Source of the DNA: Gammaproteobacteria bacterium | Lineage (GTDB): Bacteria > Pseudomonadota > Gammaproteobacteria > Ga0077536 | DNA length: 64,000 nucleotides | Assembly: GCA_963662545.2 (NCBI GenBank) | Contig: CAXXLL010000003.1 | Span: forward strand, 2,688,001 to 2,752,000 | Direction of reading: 5' to 3' | Part shown: piece by piece, positions 52,777 through 62,421 of the stretch | How the letters are laid out: the number at the start of each line of letters is the position of its first letter | Position numbering within the stretch: the stretch's first letter is position 1 | Position numbers and translations under genes: made by a program | The notes under the pieces: generated by a model | Seen by the model: the letters and a program-made list of their open reading frames with translations, nothing else | The model's database searches: none | Told to the model about the DNA's origin: nothing

Positions 52777-53339
52777 TGCCAACAACTTCGATGCAGTCGG
52801 CGGCCTTAGTGTCGCCGCAACCGCGGTGCCGTTGCCGGCGAGCGCGCTGTTGCTCGCTCCTGCGCCCGGCTTCCTCGGCTTTCCCACGCGGCGTGCGGCA
52901 GCCGCCGCCTCGCCTGCGTGACAACCGGTGTGCTGTGCCTTGCCCCGCAAGGCCTCCTCTGCTTGCCGGGCTTCGGCTCGGCGTTTTTTTAGCCGCGGTA
53001 GCAGAGGGCGCATTTCGACATTCATCTCATGGGGGAAATGAACACGCTTGAATCGATTCGCACCGCCGGCATCCTCGCTGCGGCGCTCGCCGTGAGCGGT
53101 TGCGCAACCATGCTCGGCCCGGAGATATCGATTGCCAAACAAGCCAGTCTGGGGCGGTCCCCGAGACGCTGGCGAATGCCGGGTGGTGCCGGCAGTTAGC
53201 TGCAAATTCGTCGAGTACAATCGGGGCTGCCAGGCGTTTGTAGGTTAGGTAGTGTTGTTGTAACGATCGATATTCGCCGGTTTGCACGGCGGGACGTGTT
53301 AGGCAGGACTGTTTCTCAACTAAGTGTGACAGGGGTAGA

Positions 53340-55709
53340 TTGATGACTGGGATTGGCAAATCTGTACGGCGTAAGGAAGACCGGCGCTTTATCACGGGCG
53401 CGGGAACATACACGAGCAATGTCGACTATCCCGACCAGGCGTATCTCTATATCGTGCGTGCGCAAAATGCACATGCCCGGATACGTAACATCGACACATC
53501 GGCGGCACGGGCCGCCGAAGGTGTTGTCGCCGTCTACACTGCTGCGGATCTCCATGCCGGCGGGATAAGAGATATGCAGCCGGGCTGGATAATCTACAAC
53601 CCTGATGGGTCTCCAATGCATGAAGCTCCACGTGAAGCGTTGGCGGTTGAGCGCATCCGCTATGTCGGGCAGCCGGTAGCGGCTGTGATCGCTGAATCCA
53701 GTCTTCTTGCGAAAGACGCAGCCGAACTAATCGAGCCCGATCTTGAGGAATTACCTGCCGTTGTCAGCATAGCCGACGCGAACAGTGCGAATGCCCCGAA
53801 GATTTGGGACCACATCTCTGCTAACCAATGCTTCGAGTGGGTCATCGGCGATAGTGAAACGGTAGATGAGGTATTCGCGTCGGCAGCTCAAACTGTGGAA
53901 GCTGACATCGTTCAAAATCGCCTCGTGCCCAATGCGCTCGAACCGCGCGCTGTCGTCGCCACGCATGATGCAAACAACGATGAATTTACACTTCATGTGG
54001 CGCACCAGAATCCACATCTTTTACGGACTTGGACGTGCGCACATACGTTGCCGGTCCCGGAATCCAGGCTGCGGGTCATTTCGGCCGACGTTGGCGGTGG
54101 TTTTGGCTCCAAGATTTTTCAGTACTCAGAGGACCTGGTGGCTTTGTTTGCAGCTAAGGCTTTGGGTCGACCGGTGAAATGGGTGGCCGAACGTAGCGAA
54201 TCGTTCGTTTCCGACGCCCACGCCCGCGATCATGTAACTCATGCAAGCTTGGCGCTGGATTCCGATGGAAAGTTTTTGGCGCTGCGTGTCGATACTGATG
54301 CCAATTTGGGTGCTGCAATATCGAATTACGGTGCCGCCATTCCGACCGTTTTCTACGCCACCATGCTGTCGGGTGTTTACAAGATCCCGGCTATCGCAGT
54401 AAGAGTGCGCGGCATAATGACGAATACGGTGCCGACGGACGCATACCGTGGGGCCGGACGCCCGGAAGCAACGTATGTGCTCGAACGTCTGGTCGATCTC
54501 GCTGCGGAGGCGACCGGTATCGATCGCATCGAGATTAGGCGACGAAATTTTATTCCGCTGTCGGCCTTCCCATACCAGTCGCCCTTGGGCCTCGTTTATA
54601 CCGAAGGCGCGTACGACCAATGCGTCGACGGCGCATTGGAAAACGCAGACATGAAAGGGTACGACGCACGCAAGGCGGCATCACAGGCCGCCGGCAAGCT
54701 GCGTGGATTAGGCGTAATCGTGTATACCGAGCAAGCTGGCGCGGCGCCTTCCCAGGCGGCGATCGCTTTCGGCGCGGGACACGCATTTTTTGAGGTTGCG
54801 ACGATCCGGGTAAATCCGGATGGATCGGTGCGCGTCCTTACCGGCGCACACAGCCACGGACAGAGTCACGAGACGACGTTTGCCCAAATCGTTTCGGATC
54901 AGCTTGGCCTGCCTCTGGACGAGATCGAAGTAATCCACGGTGATACCAATCAACTGCCGTTTGGCATAGGAACATTCGCATCACGCTCAATCAGTGCCGG
55001 CGGCAGCGCGGTGCTCTTAGGCACCGGGAAAATCATCGCCAAGGGCAAGAAGATCGCGGCACATATACTCGAGGGTGAGGCCGAGGACATCGAATTCATC
55101 GACGGCTTTTTCAAACTCAAGGATTCTGACCGTATCTTGTCATTCAAAGAGATTGCGCGCGAAGCGTATGTTCCGGGGAACTATCCGTTGGACCAGCTCG
55201 AGCCCGGGCTTGAAGAAACCACCTTCTTCGACCCACCGAACTTCACATTTCCTGCCGGCTGTCACATTTGCGAGGTCGAAATCGAACCGCAGACCGGCGA
55301 GACAAGGATCGATCGTTACACCGTCTGCGATGATTTCGGCGTGGTGGTCAATCCAATGGTCGTACACGGTCAGATCCATGGCGGCCTGGCGCAGGGCATT
55401 GGTCAGGCGCTTCTCGAAAATGCCGTATACGATGCTGATTCAGGCCAACTGTTGAGTGCGTCCTTCCTCGATTACGCTATGCCACGTGCGGATGATCTAC
55501 CCGCATTCGAAGTTTCGGAATTAGATACGTTCTCGATATCGAATCCACTAGGCGCTAAGGGTGCCGGTGAGGCGGGGACCATTGGTGCACCGATTACAGT
55601 CATGAACGCCATTTTCGATGCGCTCAAACCCGTCGGTGTCACCGACCTTTCAATGCCGGCAACACCCACGAAGATCTGGTCGGCTATTCAAGCGGCAAAC
55701 ACTGCCTAG
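53340..55709 (+). CDS. coxL: Molybdopterin hydroxylase large subunit (form-II CoxL / xanthine dehydrogenase family)
   Basis: VGGGFGSK, AYRGAGRPEA, HGQ-HET, GQIHGG-AQGIG, KGAGE. Confidence 0.9.
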   Translation: MMTGIGKSVRRKEDRRFITGAGTYTSNVDYPDQAYLYIVRAQNAHARIRNIDTSAARAAEGVVAVYTAADLHAGGIRDMQPGWIIYNPDGSPMHEAPREALAVERIRYVGQPVAAVIAESSLLAKDAAELIEPDLEELPAVVSIADANSANAPKIWDHISANQCFEWVIGDSETVDEVFASAAQTVEADIVQNRLVPNALEPRAVVATHDANNDEFTLHVAHQNPHLLRTWTCAHTLPVPESRLRVISADVGGGFGSKIFQYSEDLVALFAAKALGRPVKWVAERSESFVSDAHARDHVTHASLALDSDGKFLALRVDTDANLGAAISNYGAAIPTVFYATMLSGVYKIPAIAVRVRGIMTNTVPTDAYRGAGRPEATYVLERLVDLAAEATGIDRIEIRRRNFIPLSAFPYQSPLGLVYTEGAYDQCVDGALENADMKGYDARKAASQAAGKLRGLGVIVYTEQAGAAPSQAAIAFGAGHAFFEVATIRVNPDGSVRVLTGAHSHGQSHETTFAQIVSDQLGLPLDEIEVIHGDTNQLPFGIGTFASRSISAGGSAVLLGTGKIIAKGKKIAAHILEGEAEDIEFIDGFFKLKDSDRILSFKEIAREAYVPGNYPLDQLEPGLEETTFFDPPNFTFPAGCHICEVEIEPQTGETRIDRYTVCDDFGVVVNPMVVHGQIHGGLAQGIGQALLENAVYDADSGQLLSASFLDYAMPRADDLPAFEVSELDTFSISNPLGAKGAGEAGTIGAPITVMNAIFDALKPVGVTDLSMPATPTKIWSAIQAANTA

Positions 55710-55870
55710 TGTGCTGTCCCGTAATAAACTTCGATAAGTCGCGCAGGACTCGTGCCGCGATGCAAGGCGCGAGGAGGCGTCGTATCGGGAATACGGCAAC
55801 GACGAGCAACGCCGCAGCGTGGTGCGAGGACCAGCGAATTATGAAGGTTTATTACGGGACAGCACACTAG
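55706..55870. mobile_element. MITE of about 165 bp with 24-bp perfect terminal inverted repeats
   Basis: CTAGTGTGCTGTCCCGTAATAAAC ... GTTTATTACGGGACAGCACACTAG. Confidence 0.88.
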
Positions 55871-55904
55871 GGGCTGGATTGCAGGTAATTCGGAATATGC
55901 GGTC

Positions 55905-56110
55905 TGCGGATAGGAAGCATAACGCCCATCATCATCGCAATCGTCCCCCGTTGTGGGCGGCATCTCGGGCCGAGGAGCGAGTCCCGAGGTCGGATTGAGC
56001 CGTAGCATCTGGGCGACGAGTCACTCGTCGAGGTCGTCCAGTTAGGCATCTCCTTCTCAGCGGGGCAAATCATCGTGTGAGGCCGAGCGCCACCGACAGG
56101 ACCCGGTTCC
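55905..56110 (-). mobile_element. Solo ISCR-type 3' end and oriIS
   Basis: Minus strand reads GGGCGTTATGCTTCCTATCCGC, preceded by GGCGCTCGGCC about 160 bp upstream. Confidence 0.65.
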
Positions 56111-56182
56111 GGATCTCACCGTTGCAAGCGCGAACCTGCTCCCCGACAAACGCGACGCCGCGCCAGGCTGATCGTCCCCCCC

Positions 56183-56794
56183 TCAACCCGACGCGCTGCG
56201 ACGCATGAGCGAGTGGAGGAGCATTTCGTAGAGCTCGTGGAATGCCTCCGAGATCGTCAGGTCCGTGGAATCGCTGAAGTCGGGTTCGCGCAATCGGTTG
56301 ATGCTGGCGAACACGATTTCGGCGACGAACGCCGGCTGCACCTCGCGGAAGACGCCGGCCTTGACACCGTTGTCGATGATCCGGCGCATGCCCTCGACGC
56401 GCAGGCTGATGTGCTCCTGCCAGATCGCCCGCGCGGGCTCCCATTCGTGGATGTCGGCGACCACAGCCTGGCTCAACCGCTCGGCGACACGCACCGCGAC
56501 CTGAAGATACTCGAACACCTGACGTTCTGGGTCCATGGTGTTATCGGTCGCATGGTCGGCTTCTTGCCTGATGCGGCTGAAGAAGTCATCCAGCACCTTC
56601 AGCACCAGCCTGTTCTTGCTCGGGGCGAGCTCATAGAGGGTGCGCTTCGAGCAGCTGAGACGCGCGGCGATCTCCGAGACGTTGAGCCGCGAGAACCCCT
56701 CGGCAAGGATGAGCGCTTCAAGTGCTTCGAGAGTCTCTGCGCTGCTCTTGCTGATCGGAGCGCTACGGGATTTACGGGGGAGCGTGGTCGGCAT
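56183..56794 (-). CDS. TetR-family transcriptional regulator
   Basis: EGF...IAARL-CSKRTLY...SK HTH. Confidence 0.9.
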   Translation of the reverse strand: MPTTLPRKSRSAPISKSSAETLEALEALILAEGFSRLNVSEIAARLSCSKRTLYELAPSKNRLVLKVLDDFFSRIRQEADHATDNTMDPERQVFEYLQVAVRVAERLSQAVVADIHEWEPARAIWQEHISLRVEGMRRIIDNGVKAGVFREVQPAFVAEIVFASINRLREPDFSDSTDLTISEAFHELYEMLLHSLMRRSASG

Positions 56795-56877
56795 GCTCGA
56801 ATTATATCCGAATGATTAACGCGGTCGCGTCGTCCGCCGCGGCATCGAAGCCCGATGAATTGTCCAGGGCCTTCTGG

Positions 56878-57397
56878 TCATTTCTCCGGGAACAGGGGAT
56901 CGGACAGATCGAAGAAATCGATCGAAATGCTCTTTTGGCCGCCCTCGGACTGATCCGCCGGGCGCGCGTGCGGACCGACTTGCTCCTCGCTGATCTCACC
57001 GAGCTGTGGCAGGCCCTTGCGCATCTTGTTGCCGGCCTCGACGACCTTCGCGTGGAGCTCGCCGCTGAACGGTACGCGATACGCGCGGCTCCGTGCCGCG
57101 CGGGCCGCTCGCCATGTCGGTCGCCCGCAGGAATATCTCGCCTTCCGCGCCGGTCGTCTTGTCCGGCTCGACCACGTAGATCGCGACGAGCTTGAAGCGT
57201 TTCGTGAGCTCGGCGCTCGTCGGCCACCCGAGCGGCGGCGGCAGGGAGAAATAGCTGACGAGGTAGAAAGCCGATACGACGACGACCATCAATGCTTTCG
57301 TCTTCCACGACCACGGGGTGTACAACAACAGCGCGGCGAGGAGCAGCGCGATGACGACGTAGGCCGCGACGAGACCCGATCGCCCGAGTAAGAACAC
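56878..57397 (-). pseudogene. Frameshifted membrane protein, third gene of a MotA/ExbD-like cluster
   Basis: Two TM segments, GWP, EP, PR; continues in another frame to DPLFPEK-stop. Confidence 0.55.
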
Positions 57398-57412
57398 GGT
57401 ACCGGTAATCTT

Positions 57413-58018
57413 TCAGAAGTTGATAATGCTTTTGAAAATGTGGCTAATCTGCCCGACGCGCCCGGACGTGTCGATCACGAAACGTACGGCGGTTTTCTCG
57501 TCGCCTTTCTCGTCGAGCAGCGTTTCGCCATTGTAAACGATTTCAAGTGCCGGATTGACCTTGTACACCTTCACCGTGGCGCTTACGGGCTGCCCCGTTT
57601 CCGTTGCGTAGTAGTGCAGATTGACGACGTATTCACCCGGCACGACGCCGCGCACGGTGACGAGTTCCTGGTTCAGTGGATTCAGGATTTCCTGGCCGTT
57701 GATGCTGATCCTGTCGTTGACTACGCCGCGGTCATCGCGGTCGAGGTGAATGAGCCCGGCCTCGCGATTGCGAAACCAAACGACGTTGCCGTTCGGGTCT
57801 TCGACCCAGGTGTCGATATCGTCCGGGTTGGAGTCGGGCCAGGTCACGGCGATGATGTATTCGGCTTTCGGATCGATGAGGCCTTTCTTCGCAACCGGGT
57901 TCATGAACATGATCGCGATCAGAAACAGGTAGGTGAACCCGAGCAGCGCATTGAACAGCAGATCCGTGAACGGATCCGAGCCGGTGCGCTTTCGATCCCA
58001 GGCATTCGTGTAGGCCAT
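57413..58018 (-). CDS. ExbD/MotB-like single-TM protein
   Basis: PFTDLLFNALLGF, DIDTWV-DP-G, LDRDD-G, GEYVVN-HYY. Confidence 0.7.
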   Translation of the reverse strand: MAYTNAWDRKRTGSDPFTDLLFNALLGFTYLFLIAIMFMNPVAKKGLIDPKAEYIIAVTWPDSNPDDIDTWVEDPNGNVVWFRNREAGLIHLDRDDRGVVNDRISINGQEILNPLNQELVTVRGVVPGEYVVNLHYYATETGQPVSATVKVYKVNPALEIVYNGETLLDEKGDEKTAVRFVIDTSGRVGQISHIFKSIINF

Positions 58019-58029
58019 GCCGACGTGTC

Positions 58030-58344
58030 TCAGCCGAGCGCGAGGCGCGACTGGGAAAGCCGCAGGATCTGCTCGAGCAGGATGTCGGCACCCTTTTCGA
58101 TCACGAGGTACTGCAGGCCGAGCAGAATGCTGCCAGTGAGCCCGGCAAGCGTGGTGAACAGCGCCGTGCCCATGCCGCCGAGGTACAGCAGGCCGATGAC
58201 GAGTGAGATGCGGCTGGGGTTGCCGGCGTCGAGTGCCTGCAGCAGCCCCTCGTTCCAGCTCACGACGAAACCGAATGCAATCACGCCCGTGATGAGCATC
58301 CACACGAGCATCAGCCAGTGCTTCTGATCCTGAATCATGGGCAT
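58030..58344 (-). pseudogene. MotA/TolQ/ExbB-like gene with in-frame central deletion
   Basis: N-terminal TMs joined directly to GMGTALFTTLAGL; only 104 aa. Confidence 0.6.
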
Positions 58345-58699
58345 TTCAGTCTCCGTCTTGTTCCAGCGTGAACATGACGATCTGCTTCAGCGTCGCGTTC
58401 ATGCGTCGCGCGAAATCGTTGACGCGCGGGTCAATGCGTATACGCGAATAATATTAGTGCCTACTAACATTTTTGGTGCCAGATCGAGTCAAATATTACC
58501 TGCGTATAAGCAGTATAAACAGGCTTTTCGTCCAGCAGCATCCCGTCGTCACGTTTGTCGGTGGCCGGTCTGACCCGCGAACGCCCTCAAACCGGTATTC
58601 CGGCGCCCGAATCTACCCCGGCCGCGGGTTCGCCTGTGCACGGTTCGCCGTGGCACCGGCCCACAGGCCAGCCGCCACCGTGGCCGCGCCGCTGGTGTC

Positions 58700-58860
58700 G
58701 CAGCGTGAAAACCTTGCGGCCCTGTTGCGGTCCGACCGCGATGCGGTACGTGATTGACGAACCCAGGAGCTCATCCATCGGCCCAGCCTCGAGGCCATCG
58801 CCGGCCAGATAGCTGTTCTGCGCGTCCCGCGTAAGCCACCCCTGCGGTTCGAGATCGCAG
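58700..58860 (-). mobile_element. Remnant of a second, diverged IS91/ISCR transposase
   Basis: LEPQGWLTRDAQNSYL...LLGSSITYRIAVGPQQGRKVFTL. Confidence 0.8.
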
Positions 58861-59207
58861 ACATCCTGCATGCCAATCCGCGATGTCAGCATGTCCGCCG
58901 CTCGGACGAACTCCGCTGTCAGATCGAGACCGCTTACGCGACAGCCGAATTCCGCGGCCAGCGTGCGTGCAGGGCCGCTGATATCGCATCCGAGGTCGAG
59001 CACATGCATGTCCGCCCGCATACCGGCAAAAGCGGCGAGGTCACGGGTCGAGGCAATACCGCCGCCATGAAATTCGTCGAATGGCGTCCGGTCGCGGCGT
59101 TCGAGTCGTTCCAAGTCACGCCCCGCCACCCGCAGGCTGGCGAGAATCCGGGCGCAACTATCGGCGCTGCCGTAATGCTGCTCGACGGCGTGCTCAGGCG
59201 ACTCCAT
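58861..59207 (-). pseudogene. 5' part of a class-I SAM methyltransferase fused to the IS91 remnant
   Basis: DEFH-GG, VLDLGC-I-GPAR-LA, V-GLDLT. Confidence 0.8.
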
Positions 59208-59228
59208 CAGCCACCCGCCAGGCGTGGT

Positions 59229-59918
59229 TCAACGAAGGTAGTCATGCAGAACCTGGCCGTGTTCGAGCGCGCACGAGCTTTCGAAGAAGTAGCCCCCCTC
59301 AATGGATTTAATCGGAATGTCGGCCACGCGATCCGATGGCGATTCACCGAAGACGAGGGTGGCGGGGCCGCAATGCACATCTCCGATCTGCATGTTGGTC
59401 AGTGTGGTCGTGGTCAGTTGATCGACGTCAGGCGGGGCGCCGAGTGCGACGTTGGGGATGAACTTGCGCGTAACCCATTCGGTTGTGCCGCCCAGGTCTT
59501 CCGCAGGCATCATTGATTGCATGCGCATGGACGCGTCGATCACCGTGAACCCGCCGCGCTCAACCGTCGCGCGCACGACATCATCGGTGGTGTCGAGCGT
59601 CAGGCGGCCAAGTTTCTTGGGATACCCCCAGATTTCGCGCCCAGCGCCCATCGCGACGTCGCTATCCAGTATCATATAAATACTGAAGTTGACGAAGCGT
59701 CGATCGTAGGTTGCATGAGTGGAAATGTGCGCCTCGTAATAGCGGCCGACGCCAGAGCACAGGAAATCCACGACCTGGGCGAACATCAGGCTATCCTTGT
59801 TTGGTGTTAGCGGGGGCGGAACCAGTTGGCGCAGAACCTTGGGGTCTGTTTTGAACGCCACAGTGATCTGACTCATTTCGCGATAATGGAACGGCGGTTT
59901 GCCGTAAAGTTCGGACAA
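59229..59918 (-). CDS. Acetoacetate decarboxylase family protein (start uncertain)
   Basis: Y-E, GREIWGYPKK (Schiff-base Lys). Confidence 0.85.
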   Translation of the reverse strand: MSELYGKPPFHYREMSQITVAFKTDPKVLRQLVPPPLTPNKDSLMFAQVVDFLCSGVGRYYEAHISTHATYDRRFVNFSIYMILDSDVAMGAGREIWGYPKKLGRLTLDTTDDVVRATVERGGFTVIDASMRMQSMMPAEDLGGTTEWVTRKFIPNVALGAPPDVDQLTTTTLTNMQIGDVHCGPATLVFGESPSDRVADIPIKSIEGGYFFESSCALEHGQVLHDYLR

Positions 59919-59937
59919 GCTGGATTCTTGGGGACCC

Positions 59938-59960
59938 GGTGTTTATGCTTCCTATACTCC
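59938..59960 (+). mobile_element. Isolated oriIS-like motif at a segment junction
   Basis: GGTGTTTATGCTTCCTATACTCC. Confidence 0.6.
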
Positions 59961-60027
59961 GCGCAGCAGATTGTCGATTTGGCAAAAAATGCCGGTTATG
60001 CTTATCCCTCCTAAAGGAGGGACCGCG

Positions 60028-60717
60028 ATGATTAAAGGCTATGCACTCATTCCCAAAAAACCGGAAATTAGTCTGGAGCAATTCCACCGTCATTGGCGCG
60101 AAGTGCATGCGCCATTGGCCCTGCGAATTAAGGCGCTTAAGCGCTATGTCCAGGCCCATCGAATCCCGGCTAAAGTCGAGGGTTTCTCGAATAGCCCTTA
60201 CGAAGGATTTGCGGAGATCTGGTTTGAAGATCTGCAAACAGGTCTGGATTTAGGAGGCGATCCTGATTACCTCAACGGTGCCTACCTTGATGAGCCTAAT
60301 TTTATATCTGACGAGGGCCCGTCTTTTTTGATGACACGGGAAAATGTCGTCGTTGCCGGACCTGAGCTTGCTAAAGACGCGCCCGGCGTCAAAGCTGTCG
60401 TGTTGGTCAAGCGTAAACGGGGCTTAACGGTGGCCGAGTATCAGGACTATTGGCGGACCGGACACGCCGCCCTGGTACCCAAAACGCCCGGGCTACAGCG
60501 CTATGTCCAAAGTCATGTCGCACCAGAAACCTACGAATCTGGCGCCCCGGCGTACGATGGTGTCGCCGAATTGTGGTGGCAAGATATGGCTGCGTTCGAA
60601 CGAGGCTGGCTGTCCGAGGAGGTGCAGGTTGAACAGTTTAAAGACGCGTCGAATTTCGTTGACTTTGAAACCTCGGTCGGCCTGCTGGTGGAAGAAACGC
60701 GGGTAATCTGGCCCTAG
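60028..60717 (+). CDS. Tandem EthD-domain protein
   Basis: F-RHWR-VHAPL...RYVQ-H...YDGVAE-W twice; GGAGG RBS. Confidence 0.88.
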   Translation: MIKGYALIPKKPEISLEQFHRHWREVHAPLALRIKALKRYVQAHRIPAKVEGFSNSPYEGFAEIWFEDLQTGLDLGGDPDYLNGAYLDEPNFISDEGPSFLMTRENVVVAGPELAKDAPGVKAVVLVKRKRGLTVAEYQDYWRTGHAALVPKTPGLQRYVQSHVAPETYESGAPAYDGVAELWWQDMAAFERGWLSEEVQVEQFKDASNFVDFETSVGLLVEETRVIWP

Positions 60718-60937
60718 AAGGGCTGGGCACTGGTTCGAAGTTAATTAAAGCGGCATCGGATCGATGCGCGTCGAGCACTGATTAGGAACGCCGGCTTACT
60801 GCAACGGCCGCTCATTACCTAGGCGATGTTCGTGATAGATTTTTCTAGCCCAGCGTGACACTGGGTGTTTTTCGTATTGTTGATAGAAAGTATTAATTTG
60901 CGAATCGGGAATGTCGCGCCATGGAAATTGCGTGTTC

Positions 60938-61195
60938 TTAATCCGTGGGAAAGAGGATCTTGGTGGGGAAAAATCCAAGCCCCAGCATGCCGAGAAAGCG
61001 GCCGCTGTCACCGTCGACCAGGTACGCTTTGCCGTTCACGAGGCTGTACAGGTTGATATCGTTGACCCACACCCAATGGGGGCCGGCCTCGGCGAGAAGC
61101 CGCTCGCTCTTCTGGACATCGTGTTCGAGTTCGGCGAAAGCAATCGTGCTCGTGATGAGTAGGCCGCAGATAACGGCCAGCACTTTTCGCTCCAT
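60938..61195 (-). pseudogene. mauB: 5' fragment copy of mauB
   Basis: Near-identical to 63300-63557; part of duplication of about 60929-61376 and 63294-63734. Confidence 0.9.
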
Positions 61196-61318
61196 GGAGG
61201 TACGATCTCTATGTGATGCGGTCGCGATGCCCTCTGATTTTACCCTTATCTTACGGTTGTATACTGCTCCTGGTACTTCGGGTCCCGCAATCAGGACGAC
61301 AGATATGGAGCGTGAACG

Positions 61319-61492
61319 ATGAGCGCGACCGCGCCAGGCCCTGGCAGCCAAGTTAAAGCGACCGCAGAGGGTCGCTTTAATTGGGAAGATCCCCTGGGCT
61401 TGCACGATCAACTCAGTGAAGAAGAGCGCCTCACCCACGCTGCGGCCCGCCAGTTCTGCCAGGAACGTCTCATGCCGCGCATCCTCGAGGCG
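61319..61492 (+). pseudogene. gcdH: 5' fragment of glutaryl-CoA dehydrogenase (shorter copy at 63681)
   Basis: FNWEDPL-L-DQLSEEER...CQERLMPRILEA. Confidence 0.8.
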
Positions 61493-61856
61493 CCATGTTG
61501 CCGATGTTTACATAGGTTTCAGGCGTCTCGGGACTGATCTTCAGAACGTTATTGTAATCGCCGTAGCCGTCCTCAAAGTTCCCGTTCGCTACGCGGATTA
61601 CGCCGCGATTGATGAGCGTTGCGACGCGGTCTTTGAAACCCAAAGCTTCGGTTTCGAGCGCCCGGTCGCAGGGCTCCACATCGACCGTGCCAACGTCGCG
61701 CGTGGAGGCGGCGAATTGCGCCGACGTCGCACAGGTATGGGCATCTTCGCTACCCCCGATGACGGACATGGCCTGAGCAAACGCACTGCCAGGCGCGAGC
61801 GCGAGGAGGAATAAGCAGTAAGGCCAGAACTTGAGCATCATCTGCGGTCCCTGCAA
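61493..61856 (-). pseudogene. Truncated secreted TPR protein
   Basis: Signal peptide, C...C-RAL, ATLINRG, ETYVNIG; cut. Confidence 0.6.
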
Positions 61857-61893
61857 TTAATTAGCGTACAGGGCACAGGGTAAGTTTTTACAG

Positions 61894-62421
61894 CTAATGA
61901 TCAGGCTCCGTCGCCACCCCGATGATCGCCGCATACGAGCAATTGACGACGGTATTGCCGTTCGCCGTGCACCAATTGATCTCACTACTCTTGGAGGGAT
62001 GATAAAGAGGCTCGACGCCCTCGGTGCGGGTGCAGCCGCAGCGTGGGCAGATCGTTTTGCCGCAGCAATCGTGATAGGAGATCACGTAATCTTTGTTATC
62101 GGCCGGGTTGCGGCACGTGCCGATCCAACTTATGACCGAAGGCTCAGTGCCGGGCGGGCAGCTGCCCGCCGTGCCGCCGCAACACGCGCATAGGAAGCCA
62201 GACATGCCGCAGTAGCGCCAATAGTCGCAGCTCGTCGGATCACCGGGATCCTCGGGGTTGCCCTTAGCATCGGTGGCGCCGCGGGCAACGGGCAGCAGTG
62301 GGTATGCGGCCGTACCCACGAGCACGGTCCCCAAGCGGGTGAGAAAACTGCGCCGCGACGTGCGGCTCGCGAGCGTGCGGGACATCCGCACCGACCAGCT
62401 ATCAAACCAGGACATCTTCAT
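61894..62421 (-). CDS. mauA: TTQ amine dehydrogenase small subunit (MauA/AauA)
   Basis: Tat SRRSFL, CDYWR-C, SWIGTC, DCCGK, INWC (both TTQ Trp). Confidence 0.92.
   Translation of the reverse strand: MKMSWFDSWSVRMSRTLASRTSRRSFLTRLGTVLVGTAAYPLLPVARGATDAKGNPEDPGDPTSCDYWRYCGMSGFLCACCGGTAGSCPPGTEPSVISWIGTCRNPADNKDYVISYHDCCGKTICPRCGCTRTEGVEPLYHPSKSSEINWCTANGNTVVNCSYAAIIGVATEPDH

Noticed and set aside
53340-55709. True aerobic CO dehydrogenase (form I)
   Set aside because: The active-site loop is AYRGAGR, not AYXCSFR, and coxM/S are absent
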